Shown: one piece after another, positions 1 to 14,004 of the stretch
Position numbering within the stretch: the stretch's first letter is position 1
How the letters are laid out: the number at the start of each line of letters is the position of its first letter
Assembly: GCF_037042905.1 (NCBI RefSeq)
Contig: NC_087252.1
Location: 4,094,001-4,158,000, forward strand
From: Lytechinus pictus
Taxonomy: Eukaryota
DNA length: 64,000 nucleotides
Direction of reading: 5' to 3'
Position numbers and translations under genes: made by a program
The notes under the pieces: model-generated
What the model was told of the DNA's origin: nothing
Seen by the model: only the letters and a program-made list of their open reading frames with translations
The model's database searches: none

Positions 1-1384
1 GATAAAAACAATAGCAATTTGAAACCGAATTTGCCCCCAATATTCACTTTATTACCCTTTAAAATGAGTCTGTGACATTGAAAATACCAATTTTCCCACT
101 TTGATGCGTGCTCACTCATCCATAAATAAACAAATCGATTTCATTTTTGCACAGAATTCTGCCCATAGGTTGATAAACATTACTACCAAATGACATTGCT
201 AAGGACAGCCGTGAAAAAAAGTTCCACTATATTGAATAAGGGGTTACTTATTCTTAAACAGGTGCACCCATAATGTACACAAGTCTATGAGAGACGAAGT
301 CAAAATTTTAACATATATGAAATGAGGGTTTGTTTCATGGACGGTTTTTTGTTACTTCTGCCAATAGTTATTTCATGAAACTTCGTACATGGCTTCAGAG
401 TAACACTATCCAAAAGGCGCGCACACCAAAATAACCATTCGATACGACACAGAGTGGGGCCAAGGCCTTGAACTTTCTTCTCATTTGCATAATTTTCGAA
501 TACTGTGTGCTCACTGATGCATTAAACATCGAGATTTTCATAAAAATCAAATCAAATGAACTATGCAAGGAGGTTTGTGACAGATATCCATAGTAACAAA
601 TTGCATTTTTTCCAATAACGTAAAAAAGAGCTAATCGCATTCCACATGTTCATTCAAGCGTGGATATTTAATTAAACGCGTTTGAATCACTGAAGCATGT
701 TAATTGGTCATGAACATAATGAAAAAGTTGAGAAAAGATCATTTTCAGTTCCCAAAATGAACCAATACTTGCCTATGATATTTGAAAATCGTATTTTTTT
801 TTTTTCAATAAATGTCAATTGAACCGTGAAACAATGAATATTGTTGAAGAAATTCTTCCAAAAATAACTGTCATCATATTCTATCATTTTTATTGATATA
901 AATGTGTAAAAAATCCAATTAGAGCAAATTTGGACTTGTGTTTATTCAACCGTGAAATTTAGCCAAACAAGTTGTATCGTCTTTTACAAGCTTTCTGACT
1001 GTTTTTTATGATGAGAATGTAAAATTAGTTCCAATAAAATGGAATCAAAGTCATGATATTTGGCTTGTGACTTTTGAAAAGTGACATTTTTGCCTTCTGA
1101 CGGTGCTCACTGAAGCGTGAAGTGAAATACGTCCATAACGTTTACTCAGAGGGTAGCTTATAAAATTACCTACACGCTCATGTAAAAATATATTAAAAAC
1201 TCACATTGGTTCGGAAATTATTGATGTTTGTTTAAGGGGGGACTTACTTTTTTTGTTGTGTATACTATAGATGTAATTTTGGAACAGTATTACATTCTAT
1301 AATCATAAAATACTCTTCAGCACACTTTTAATTGTGTTAAATATACACTGACAGCCTCTGCCTTCTTTTTCTTCCATATTTTAC

Positions 1385-1647
1385 TGATGATTTTGATAAT
1401 AGTGATGATTTTGATATTGATGATGATGATGATAATGATAGATGATGATGATGATGATGATGAAGATGAAGATGATGATGGTGATGATGATGATGATGAA
1501 TATGATGATGATAAATATGATGATGATGATATGATGAAGATGATGATGGTGAAGATGATGATGATGATGATGATAATGATAATAATGATAACGATGGTGA
1601 TGATGATGATGATGATGATGGTGATGGTGGTGACGATGATGATGACT
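1385..1647. repeat. (GAT)n microsatellite
   Basis: Direct reading. Confidence 0.95.
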
Positions 1648-3912
1648 CATGTATTCTAATTATGTATCAACGGTCGTTCAGAACTTCAGACTCTAAGCAT
1701 GGGCAGCATTAATTTTGGAGGCATTTTCTATCTCTCTCATCTAGAATTGTCAATCTTAATAATTATATTAATATGTAAAATTGTGATTCATCCAGATTCA
1801 TAGAAGTAACTTTAGAGTAAAAAAAATTCACGAACTAAAGACCACAAACCTTTAGGTACAATTACAGGACGACATGGGGCTACATTTTAATAAAGAAAAG
1901 AAACATATACATGTAATGCTTACACCAAACGTACCTTACTGTACCGCATGTTGCACTTTTGATTCGAAAACTCTCGGGATAGTCCTACGTAGAAACAAAT
2001 CAATCATAACACTGTCTTTACCAAGCTTCTCTATGATTTATCACAAATTCATCGTCACTTGTCCATCTCTGCTCCATACAAAAGATATAAAAAGAACTTC
2101 TAGCTCAACCCGGTAAGATATCAGGGCATTCCATTCTGCATGGCGCTTTCCTTCAAGACAATCGCTGATAGCAAATATAGATCGATATCTGCTGGTTCGA
2201 ACATAGCATCATGTCGAGGTACAATTATCTGGCTGGCTATCAAACGAAAAGAAGAATATTATATATGGATCGGGATCTGGACCTATTGACCAAAACCTTG
2301 GATTCACCGCGCGATTTTCCGAAATTCTATTAACGTCTGGTCTTCTCCGCACTGTCTTGGCGTTTAATGGGGATTGTAACATGTCCTCGGATCGTTATGT
2401 AATAGCATGGAGGTAAATAATGCTTTCTAAAGCTTTGGGTCTATTGTCCTCACGTTTACAGTGGTCAAGAAAACAAATCCTACGATTCTTTGACCATGAT
2501 AGGCTTGAGCGATTTCACCGATTGCCTCTCGGATGGTGACGTGACGGACTTCGGATGGTGACATTAAAAAAGGTTGGCCTCAGACGTAAATAATCCTATC
2601 TGACTGATACAGGTCTGGTAAAACTGAAACACACACTTAATATAGGTTTTCCTGCCCAATTTCATCAGAGTTGCATTTAAATTAATGAAAGGACGTTCAA
2701 ATTCGAAATATTTCGTCCACCCTCTGCACACATGGTTCATTTTTATTTATTCAGCGTTCAATTCCGTTCTATATCATTCCTTTGAATTTTGTAGAAATTC
2801 AATTTAGAGAGAAATTCGTTCAAATTAATAGCCCAAAGGTGTCATTTCATTTCGCGACGACGAACTGATCGTTTAATTTCGCCTAAAATACCATTTTCAA
2901 TTTCATTTATCGGCACACATATTTGCACTTTAAACGTCCAAATTCAGATAACATGTTTCTGTGTTCATTTTTTTATTACTTTACACAATATTTCTTTTTC
3001 AAACTTTACCCATCTTTCTATTTTTTTCTGATCTTTTCAGTAAGAATCATTTTATTCCATTATGTTTGATAAAGACGTAATTCATGTAACACTTATAGGA
3101 TGTAACACTTATAGGATATGGTTGTAAACATTTATTCTTTTAGTGAATGATGAGTCGGTGCAGGATCGGATTCAGGATTTCTCAAGGGGGGGCACATTTT
3201 CCCCGAGGAATTTGACGAGCAAAAAAAAAGGTTTTTAACCAAAGAATAAGGGTATTTCGTCCACGAAAAAAGATTAATCGTGCCTCTCAAAGGAGGGGGG
3301 GGGGGGACGAGCCGGTTGTGCCCCCCTGGATCCGCCAGTGGGTGGGTGGATGACTTATGCCAATGGAAGGTATTTTTTCTTCATCATCTTTTTCTTTTTA
3401 ATTTTACATAATTACAATTATCGTTTTGGGGAAGGGATAAGAAACATGATATTGACCACAGTCTATAGTTATGAAAGTGGAACAAAAAACGAGTTGTTAT
3501 TCCGATGATGGTTTATCAGATGGATGATACATGTCATTAAAATTGTAAACGTCCAATTTAGAAGTAAAACCCATTTCCATAATTATTCAAAAGAAGTAAA
3601 AAAAAAAAAACATCAATGAAAACACTGGCCATATTTTATAAGTGATTGCATATTAATTACTTTGAATTCCTAAACGTTCGCAAGGAGGGTACCGGTGCGA
3701 ATTTGAAAACACTCATTCAGCTATTTTAATTTGACAGTTCTTTATCCATGTTTAAATGAGATAACCATGACATCGCGTGCCAATAGAATTAAATTGAATT
3801 AAGTATTTGGCTATTTAAATGCTGATCGCATAGGTCATTCAAATTAGTTGCAAATTTAATTATTACATCATTAAATCGGTTGAAATTTTGACGAAATTGG
3901 ATCAGAAAACTT

Positions 3913-3926
3913 TAGTAATAATAATA

Positions 3927-3957
<31 letters not shown>

Positions 3958-4035
3958 CAATGATAATAATAATAACGATAATAATAATAATGATAATACT
4001 AATAATATTAATAATAATAATAATAATAATAATAA
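3913..4035. repeat. (AAT)n microsatellite
   Basis: Direct reading. Confidence 0.95.
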
Positions 4036-5933
4036 CGGTATATTTACTCAGGGTAGCCACTTCAGTTCCGAAAACCGTTCTCCCAGCGGGCCCTGCTGTT
4101 ATACTTTCAACGTAAAGACTGCTTTTTGGTCGGAGATTTAATTGGACCCCAAACTTACCGTCGATGACAAAACTAAATGGGGGGGGGGGGAGGGGGTCTC
4201 AAGAGGCAGCGAATGGTCCCCAGCGAATGCTTATGGACATTTCGAATTTTGGATTCGCCAACTTTGTTGACGAGTGTGGAAAACTCTTACGAATGTTTCT
4301 TTGCAATATCAAAATGTATTTGCGAACTGCTTCTAAAACGGGGGAAAATATGTTCGCAAACCTTTGAGACACATTTTTTTTGTCCAGTATGTCGATTTAA
4401 AACAGGAGGCAGGTGGTAATTTGGTCGCTACCATTGGCGAATCAAAAGGAACTTCAGCTACATTGTCTTATAATCGTTTGTAAATGCTTACTTCTCAGCA
4501 AACGGTATCAACTCTTTGGGAAAAGTAAATAGCGTAGATTCGCAAAGAAATTGTATTGTTTGCAAAAACAAATATAAAAAAGGAGAAAATAAAAGAGAGG
4601 GACAATAGTGAAATATAATTTTTGACTATTTGAGTATCATGTCAAAATCTGTCCACAGGATAGGTTCCTATAATAAACAGGACAAAACAATTGCTCACTT
4701 CGCTCACTCTCATTTTTAACAAATAACAATCATTATCCATTACAATACTGACTACCACTTATTTTTCAAATTGAGAATGATATCACCGTTTTGTTATTTT
4801 GCCTTCACACGCCAACGAAGACCTTTCTGTTCCCCACTCCAACATTATCGCAAGAATAACTCAATTGTAGCATCACTAGGACAGTATTTGAACTGAATGA
4901 TGATCCTAAGCGCTGTTTGAAGACATTTAAATTTGTGAGATATTTCCTATTTTTGAGCAAGCGCCATGAGCTGAGGCGGACACCGGCGCTTTACAAGAAC
5001 CCATCATCATCATCGAGTGACTTAATTAATACTCTGCCAATTTCTTTGAGGATATCATGATAAAGTGAATTGAGCGAGACAATCGTCAAATCAATAAAAA
5101 TCGTTACTTACCGTGCAAATTGATTGATTTTAATTACATATACTTGGTATATGGGTCAATTATTTGGTCTTGCATTATGTGCAGAATGGGGCTCTGGCTA
5201 GCATCATCACTGATCAAATGGCATTTGAATAACAAAGCCCGGCATTGTGATATTGACATTGCATAACGCTTTTGTCAGTAAGTAAATAATGTAAAGTGTA
5301 CAAATGCACAATGTGTTGAAATGATTCATCTTCACGTCAATAGAGATGACATGTAGGCCTATGACGTATATATAATTCGTCAATTTGTGTCCACGGGACT
5401 TTCCCCTTCCACGACACATTCACGAACATATTAAATGTATTGTCGAATGCCCTTTATGACAATGAACATTCAAGAAGTCTTTATCGAAAATTGGTGAAAG
5501 AAAACAGCAGTTTCGCCCTGGACTGTGGACAAACGACCTAATTATTTTCCATTTTTCGTCAGCTCCGAAACTCTATATAAGGACGAAACTGCTGTTCCGG
5601 TTCACCGATTTTCGACAAAGACCTCCCAGCTGCTCTGTGTCATTTGACGGCGTTTTCAGTACCTTGACTGTGGTCTTAAATCTGTCCCCGTTGCATTTGC
5701 GAAAACTCGATTTTATAGACATATAGGCTAAGATATCTTACCACAAACGCCAATATATCAAGCTTGTGTAAGGTTGAGAATTATAAGTTCAGCTCAGGGG
5801 TAGAAAATAATATAAGTTCTAAGTTGTAGCTGAAATCAATTAATCATCAAACCAAAAGGGAAATAAGTGAAACTAGAAGAAGACGCAGAATGAATCGAAC
5901 AGAAACCGAAGAAGTCTGGTAGTGCATTGATTT

Positions 5934-6171
5934 CACTGCAAAACTCTGGTGTTGATTTAACACCAGCCCGGAATCTATGTATGTCCACACCAGAGAAGAG
6001 TTAAACACCAGGTTCGTTTTGGTCTAATACCAGATAGGTGTTTATACAACACCAATTAGTATCAAAACAGCATCGGTTTGATTCCAAACTGGTGTTGTTT
6101 CAATACTTCTCTGGTGTGGACATATATAGATTCCGGGCTGGTGTTAAATCAACACCGGAGTTTTTGCAGTG
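5934..6171. mobile_element. CACTG-terminal (EnSpm/CACTA-like) MITE
   Basis: Near-perfect TIRs of more than 60 bp, CACTGCAAAAACTC...GAGTTTTTGCAGTG, with a 2-bp TT TSD. Confidence 0.85.
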
Positions 6172-6339
6172 TTGATCATTAGGCTACTTTGCCTCAGCTA
6201 AACCTGGGACCATATAATAATTTACATATATTCAAATCAAGTAGAGTCACCAACCAAAATCAAATGAATGAAAGGATCGAACTAAAATGTAAGAACCCAA
6301 TTTATAAGAATAATGAATGAGGTGAAGATGAAGAGGATG

Positions 6340-7372
6340 CCTGTTTTGCTCTTATTCAGAGTTTATTTGACTATGCTAACCGTACCCTGCTTGGTTTAGT
6401 GGCATATTAAAACGAACTCGATAAAACGAAGTTGAAAATTATACAGAATAATATTGTTAGATTCATTAACTGTTCTGGTCCCAGAACCCATGTTGTCTGC
6501 ACCGAACTCTCAGGAGCAGGTTTCCTTAAAGTCAACAAAAGATCAAAACAGCTTATTTTGCACCACGTGCATAAAATCTATCACAATAGATCGAATCATT
6601 ACATTGGATCAAACTTTAATCTAGTTACCGAATTACATAACTACCGAATAACATAACCATTTCAACTTTTTCTTACCAGAAAGGGTAGGTAGTATTGGTA
6701 ACTCCTTTCTTTTATTACAATGCAATAAAACATTGGAATTCCCTTCACAATGATATAAAAGGAATAGGAAACTTTTCCCATTTTAAGAGGAAATTGAAAG
6801 AATATCTTTCACTTGAGAGTCAAAGAGAAGATGCAAATGATATGTTATACGGTTGTTTTAGCCTGAATACTGACCACGTTCTTTTCTCTTCTCTACCAGG
6901 TATTATCATTTATTTTACATAGTTTGATTGAAGTTTCGATATGTCCTTTCTTCTATTCTTTCCTTTTCTTTTCTCTCTTCCTTCTATTCTCCTCTTCGTG
7001 TTGTTATTGTTGTCGCTGTTTTTGCTGTTCTTCTCCTTATTCTTTTTCTTCCGTAATTCTCCTTCTCCTCCTCCACCCCTTTCTATTCCTCCTCCTTCTT
7101 CTCCTTCTTTTCTTCTTCTCCTTTGTTACATTCTTGTATATTATCTCTATATCTTATTTATTGGTAATAGTAAATTCTGATTTTTTTCCTTCATTTTTTT
7201 AAAATATGTAAATAGTATAATTTTACCATTTTATTATCTCAATTCTATATGTCGAGGACCCCACTGGAAATAAGCTCTCGAACTTTCGTGGGTCATCCTG
7301 TGCAAGCCTGTTGTTTTTAATGCTACTGTATATATGTTATGGTGACTTGGCAAATAAAATCATTCAATCAAT
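6340..7372 (+). mobile_element. 5'-truncated CR1/Crack/L2-clade LINE 3' fragment
   Basis: Frameshifted ORF2 C-terminus (KLKIIQNNIVRFI...; FYYNAIKHWNSLHNDIK...FKRKLKEYL), then a UTR ending AATAAA plus a (TCAA/TCAT)-type tail. Confidence 0.75.
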
Positions 7373-7794
7373 GTAATAATGGAAAAAAGAGTCAGGTGAG
7401 GAATGGAATGAGTGGAACACCCGAAGAGAGAATAGAGAAGGAATAAAGATGACAAAAGAGAATCAGAGGAATGGCATTCAGAGTAGAATGAATGAATGGA
7501 TAGAGGGTGGCAGGAGGAGAGAAGGGAAGAGTGGGAGAGAAGGAGATAGAGAGAGATCAGAAAGAGAGCAAGAAAGACAGAGCATAAAGAAGGGGAGAGG
7601 GTGCATACAGTGAGAGACTTTTGGGGAATTGAGAGCGGGAATGAGTGTGTGTGTGTGTGTAAGAGCGGGATGGATGGAGAAGGAAGAGAGAATGGGAAAT
7701 TGTGTGGGGTTGGGTGTGTGTGTTAGAGGGAGAGAAAGAGAGAGAGAGAGAGAGAGAGGGGGGGCGTTGAAAGAGAAAGGAAAATAATAATAAT

Positions 7795-8062
7795 GGCCCG
7801 AATTCACAAAGGTCGACTAAAGTTATACCGGGGTTAAATTTAGTCGGGGGTTAACTAATACCGGGGTATAAATTTAGTCCACCGCGCTATTCACAAACGG
7901 TGGACTAACTAATCCATGGACTAACTTTAGCACCCGGTGCTAAATTTAACCCACGGCTGAGTTATACCCCGGTGCTAACTTTAGTCCATGGATTAAATTG
8001 ACGTCAAATGACGCGTTTTATACCCCGGGTATAACTTTAGTCGACCTTTGTGAATTCGGGCC
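7795..8062. mobile_element. Harbinger-like MITE
   Basis: TIR GGCCCGAATTCACAAAGGTCGACTAAAGTTATACC with a 3-bp AAT TSD and short internal repeats. Confidence 0.85.
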
Positions 8063-8065
8063 AAT

Positions 8066-8334
8066 ATGTCCATTTATATAGCGCCGTATGCGCATAACTC
8101 AACTGCGCTTTGCTACGTGCTATCATATTATGCATGTCGAAGCTGAGCCGCCATATCGTCGCTAAATCGTTAAGGTATAAATCCTACCGAGTCCCCATTT
8201 ACCTCACCTAGGTCGAGTGCAGCACAATGTGGGTAATTCCTTAATGAAGGAAAACACTCCATGGCTGCTATTCGAACCCACGTCCCTCTGCTTGAAAGCG
8301 GAGAGTCGTAACCACTACAGACCACAACGCCCCC
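8066..8334 (-). mobile_element. tRNA-derived SINE
   Basis: Minus strand starts GGGGCGTTGTGGTCTGTAGTGG...GGTTCGAAT (pol III A/B boxes). The body is shared with the copy at 28451. Confidence 0.8.
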
Positions 8335-8588
8335 ACATATCACGACGCCCCAGGAAAAGAGTGAAAATCAAGTTGTGTAGAGTGGTGGCAAGTGTGCGCA
8401 TATGGTTAGCAAACTATAATTATGCTCATGTTTGTCCGAAAAAGTAGAATAAATTCACTTGTTTGTGTATATGAGGCCTTAAACACACGTTCCCACTTAC
8501 ACGATTATTGATATTGCGAGTCTACGATTGTCAAATTACAAGACTGTGTGGGTGGATGTGTTATTTTCACAGATATATATTCGTTTAA

Positions 8589-9525
8589 GGACGTTCCACA
8601 GTTAAAGTGAAATCCATGTCATTTTCACCAAACTTTGCACATAGATACTTTAGAACCTTAATATTCGAAATATGCAAAAATTAACATAGGTCCATGTACT
8701 TGATTTTTTGCTATAGAGCTTCAAAGTTCACCCAAATTGATGTTCTTAAGAATTGCGCATTCAAAAGAATTAGGCATTTTTAGACCGCCCAAGATTACTA
8801 CAATGAGTTTAAACCTCCATTACTCATTCAAAATACATGAAAAAGTCATCAAATTTCGCAAGAGAGTTAATAATTGTATCGTTAGAATGGAGAATCTATT
8901 AATAGTGCTATTTGTTTGCAATTTTAAGTTTAACAGCACTGTCAGTTCTTAAAAATGGCGTAAAAGATAACAAAATCCCAATCTAAAAAATGTAAAATTT
9001 CAGTAACAAACTACAAACGTACAATAAATGCTGCACTTTATTCAAAATCCATGTCATTTTCACCAAAATTTGCAGAGTTGTAGAGGAAGGTATACCTAAG
9101 AGGTACAAACATTAAAAAAATAGGGGTTCATGTGCTTGTTTTTAAACTATCAGCATTTTTATTAGAGCAAATGTGCTTTTTAAAACACCAAAAATGGGCC
9201 GAATGCTTAGTATCTATGTGAAGAAAAAACCAAAACCACTCTACCATTTATTCAAACTCGGGCTAATATTCGTGATTCTTGGCAGCACTGCAAAGTAAAG
9301 TATTTTGAAATTGTAGAGAATATTTTTTTGAATGGTCCATGGAATAATTCAATTTTTTAGCTTCATGAAATAACGCATCGGATCTGCAGTTAAAGTGCAG
9401 AAGATGAGAAAAATCAGCTCATACCCGCAGCTAATTAATCACCTGTTCATCCATTGTGACGTCAGCGCGCAGAGCGTAAACTATGCGCAGATCATAATGC
9501 GAACAAATATAACTGTGGAACGTCC
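8589..9525. mobile_element. Kolobok-like non-autonomous DNA transposon
   Basis: TTAA-GGACGTTCCACAGTT ... AACTGTGGAACGTCC-TTAA. Confidence 0.85.
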
Positions 9526-9794
9526 TTAAGAGCTATCAAACAACCAAGAAAGATAAACAAACAGTCCTTTTTAAGACTACATACATGATGTTTACCGTAT
9601 AAAAACCTCCATTAGATATTTATCAATCAGACTTTCGTGAATGAGAAGGGGATTTGAAGGGGTGACCTTTCCATGATTTGTTTCAGGTGGTAAAACAAGG
9701 AGACGAGAAGAGAGATAAAAAATATAGGGAAGAAGAAGAGGGATGGGATGAGAAAGATCTCTGAGTTGTGTAAAAAAAAAAAAAAAAAAAAAAA

Positions 9795-10345
9795 AGCAAA
9801 ATAGCGATCGCGACGGGGACGGATTCTACAACAGAGAAAATCTAGTGAAAATACGCGTCAAATCACAATGAACAGCTGAAAAGTCTTTGTCGAAAATTGG
9901 TGAACCGGGACAGCTGTCGTCGTAAGATTCGGAGCTGACGAAAAATTGCTAATATTTCACTGCAAAAACGCCGGTGTTAATTTAACACCAGCCTGGTATC
10001 TAAATCAGTCCACACAAGAGAAGCGTTGAAACAACACCAGTTAAGAATGAAACTAAAATTGGTTTAACACAAATTGGTGTTCTTTAAATGCATAATTGTT
10101 ATTAGCCTAACGCTTAACCGGTGTTAATTGTTTCGACACCTCTCTGGTGTGGACCGATATAGATACCAAGCTGGTATTAAATATTAACACCGGCCTTTTT
10201 GCAGTGTTCGTTTGGCAAGAGTCCAGGACGAAACTGCTGATTTGATTCACCGATTTTCGACAAAGCCTGCCATTTGTCATGAACGACTATTGACAATAGA
10301 TTTTCTTTGTTGTGGAATCCGTCTTAGTCGCTATTGCAAAAACTC
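9795..10345. mobile_element. Inverted-repeat element family (other copies about 5440-5710 reversed and 15020-15305)
   Basis: Shared TTTGTCGAAAATTGGTGAA ... TTCACCGATTTTCGACAAAG inverted blocks in three copies. Confidence 0.65.
9958..10206. mobile_element. Second CACTG MITE copy, nested in another repeat
   Basis: Same TIRs and TT TSD. The empty site is visible in the paralogous host copy near 15170. Confidence 0.85.
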
Positions 10346-11222
10346 CCTGATACTTCCATTAGTCAATTGAACAAAAAAAAATAGAATGACGTAATAATTG
10401 CATCAATTCATGTCACAAGATACAGATATGACCTATATGTATTTACATGTCAAACACTTCAAATAAGTTTATAGCAAAAACAACAATAAAATATATACGG
10501 CAAAAACAATTTCAGCTACAGTTTTAGATTTCTGAGGTATCGTTGACTGATTGAAAATGATATTTCGTATCAACAGGCAATTCAAAAACTCTTATGAAAG
10601 TGATTCTTTATTAACAGGAAACTGTTGTATTCACTTAATTATTTTTCAGTTTCAATTCAAAGTGAAGGGGGAAATAAGTAATTATCAGGAAATATGGTAT
10701 TCAAGACTGTCTATATAGCTCTTTGAAAACAGATCAATGCAAAGTATAATAATGACGAAAGTATACTGCCCTTTTCCTTATTAAATTAAAGGGTTAATTT
10801 TCAAAACAAGACTGAATAAATAAAAAGAAGATTAAATTGATGAGAAATAGAATAGAAAAAAATGTAATTTCAAAACGATCCGAGTTTCAAGAAATTTTTT
10901 TTATTTATCCAAATACAACAGTCAATAGAGTAATTGTGATGCTAACAGGATGCAAATGATAAACGACAGCGAATATTTGAATGATCAATCATCTCAAGAT
11001 GATCTTACATCAAAATCAGTATTAATTTCTACACAACACAAAATATCATTCATAGTCTATGTGATAACTACACAGAAATTAAAGTCAGCTGGGAGTCATT
11101 TTTAGCTGCCCTGATTACAGTCTTTATTATGAACACGATTTTGACCAGATTACGTCATCATTTCGGCACCATCAGTTTAAATCTGGTTAGAGTCAAACTT
11201 GAAACAACTGAAGATAAATATG

Positions 11223-11392
11223 CACTCTAAAAACAGAGAGTAAAACTTTACCCAATATTGGGGTAAATGCATGTTTGCTGGGTAAATTTCAAGACAACAT
11301 TGCGTAAAATTTACAAAATATTTGGTATCTTTTTATCCAACAAATATGCATGTTCCCATTTTACCCAATATTGGCTAAACTTTTTTAGAGTG
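11223..11392. mobile_element. CACTC-terminal MITE
   Basis: CACTCTAAAAA...TTTTTAGAGTG with a 2-bp TG TSD and internal TTTACCCAATATTGG repeats. Confidence 0.8.
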
Positions 11393-11940
11393 TGTTGAAA
11401 GGAACCGGATGCTTTATAAAGCTGTTCATGATAAAGTTAATCGCAACGCACAGATGCCAGATTTTCTTCCAACTGAGATACACATTCAAAGTTCAAAAAT
11501 GTCTTTTAACGATGAGGGATTGAATTTTCTGTATCCATAATTGGTTCTTATAATATTTAGCTTCGCATTGAGAAGCTTAAATAAAAAAAACCATCCCCAA
11601 TTATTGGATATTAAATCTAGCTGAATAAAACAAAATCGAAAAAAATATTCTGATAAACCGCTTTTCAAGAGATTCAATGATTCTTAAATATATCTAGGTT
11701 ATATGTTAAAACATGAATTAGTCAATGATTTACTTGCCAAGTCAATGGATAAGTTATATTTTGCATCTGGATTAATGACAGAATGGAGAGGAATGATATA
11801 GAACGAACAATCATAAAAGAAACAGAGGAATAGGAATATAAACAGATAAAATAAGAACACAGACCAAATTTACATATATTATGCATATATTTAGAGAAAA
11901 ATACATCGTTATAGTCAGAAGCACGTATATAGTTTCTATA

Positions 11941-12969
11941 CAGCGCGTCCCCAAAAAAATGTCCCTCTGATATGCGGCTAAATTACTTCAAAAAATATAA
12001 AATTATTCTCAATGAAATGTATAGATTTAGGAAGCTCATATCATGTACTAACTTCTATAAAAATTTCATTGATCTCGCTTCAGTGGTTTTGAATACACAG
12101 TCTATTATTTAATAGTGGTGCTTTTCAGCCCATTCCAAGTTTGCATGTATGCAGCACTGCTGTGTGTTCTGCACTTTCTAGCATATCAACCCCCTTTGAA
12201 AGTTCTGACCAAGGAATTCCCCGATCTGACCAGAGAAATCTCCATGATCTAACCAGGCTCGTCAAATCACAACTTTGAGCATGTTCAGAAGGGCAAAAAC
12301 AATATTTGACAGTTCATTTCACATTTGATAACAAGAGATGCACAATGATTAGGACAACAGGTCATGTCTGTTTCATGCCTAATTCATGCCTAATACTGCA
12401 TTTTTGTTTTCATTATTTTTTAGTTAATAAGCTACTGTGGTTAAGTTAATCCAATGTAACTTTAAAAAAGTCAAATATTTCTCTGGTAAAGTTCCTTTTT
12501 GCAAAGGGTGATTAACTTGTGGATAACCCTTTATTTTTCAGCTTATTTTACTCATCAATCATTCACATTTTCTTTCCAAGATGTTGCACTTATCCCCCTT
12601 ATCAATCATCAAACAATCTTAATTTTTATGTTTCTTATCCTTCTAAACATGCCAAAGTTTATGATTTGATGAGCCTGGATATGATAAGGGAAATGTCCCT
12701 GCTCAGATCCTTGATGTAAAAATTGGAGTTGATATGCCATACACAATGCAGAAATGCATCAATGCTGCAAACTTGGAATGGGCTAAAATGCACCACTGTT
12801 ACGTAACAGAGTTTGTATTCAAAACCGCTGAAGCGTGACCAATGAAATTTTCATAGAAGTTAGATCAGGAGATGAGCTTTCCACTCATGAACATTTATTT
12901 GAGAATACTACCACATTTTAGAATTAATTCAGCCCTATGTCAGAGGGACATTTTTTTTGGGACGCGCTG
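11941..12969. mobile_element. Tc1/mariner-type non-autonomous element
   Basis: TA-CAGCGCGTCCC ... GGGACGCGCTG-TA with long imperfect TIRs. Confidence 0.85.
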
Positions 12970-13556
12970 TATGTAGATCTGTTAAAAAAAGACTCTAAAT
13001 ACTGTTTTGCTACTGATTAAACAGTTTATTAGTATGCTGACACATTACGTATTGATAAATAATAACTGATTTGGAAAACTCGCCTTCCTTTTGAAAAGTT
13101 ATATGGAGGAGACATAATTCGAATTATGCTCTCATAGTATGTTGAACCTGTATAAAGTTTTGGTATAGTCTAAACATGAATATGCACTTGAAATATGAAA
13201 TTATTGTAAGAAGCAATAAAATGGTACATCATAAATCACATAATGTATGAAAAAACAAGATTTTTTAAAAGCTTTATTTACAGGCGAAATGACAATAAAA
13301 CTAAATATCCTAAAAAGATTGGGCATCCAACCAAAAGTAAAAAAAAAAAAGCATTTTTAATTTTTCTTGCTATAAAATTAGTTCAGTAACACAGGCGAAA
13401 CCGTATTCATATCGATTAATAGCATTTACGTAAGTTCCAATAGCATCAACATTGGTCGGTTTGTAGACGGTTTCGCTGGTGTGACTTTACCTTCAGTTCT
13501 GATTATTAATTCATATTTTGTCTTCAATGGACTTAGCACCTCTTTGGAAACTCTAA

Positions 13557-13866
13557 GGCTCGTATTCTGAAGTCGGCTTAATTCAAACTCTGGTTTAAAG
13601 TTGTGTTTTACTATGGATAGCCAATTGTGACATAAAAATCTACCAATAGAAGTTCAATGTATCGGCTAACTTGACTCCGAAATCATTCTCAACTGTCTGG
13701 GGAATATCAATAAGATAATTGTCTTCTCCATTAAGGAATTAGGGAAGATCACGGTAATCATTAGAACCATGTAATGTAAACAAATTTTTGACATTTTTGG
13801 CTTTCCATAATTTTAGCACAAAGTGAGACCATGGTCTAAGATAACTCTGACTTCAGATTACGGGTT
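13557..13866. mobile_element. Harbinger-like MITE in the 3' UTR of gene 1
   Basis: GGCTCGTATTCTGAAGTC ... GACTTCAGATTACGGGTT with a TAA TSD; same family as 38310-39444. Confidence 0.8.
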
Positions 13867-13876
13867 TAAGAGATAA

Positions 13877-14004
13877 TTATTTACGGTTGCACCACTGGAC
13901 GATGTTTACGATGATGGATATGAGTAAGATGATTGAAATGCATACGATAATACTCAGGACCTCTCCACCGGACATATCCGCAAATATCGGGGCAATTGGT
14001 AACC
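13877..14004 (-). CDS. Gene 1 last coding exon: stalk, TM helix and short tail
   Basis: After acceptor TTTAAAG it reads GLPIAPIFADMSGGEVLSIIVCISIILLISIIVNIVQWCNRK* in the expected phase. Confidence 0.8.

Noticed and set aside
1381..1659. Poly-His/Asp/Met ORFs (also 3888, 6924, 14186, 26151-26743 and 57119)
   Set aside because: These are translations of trinucleotide microsatellites or low-complexity tracts with no splice context.
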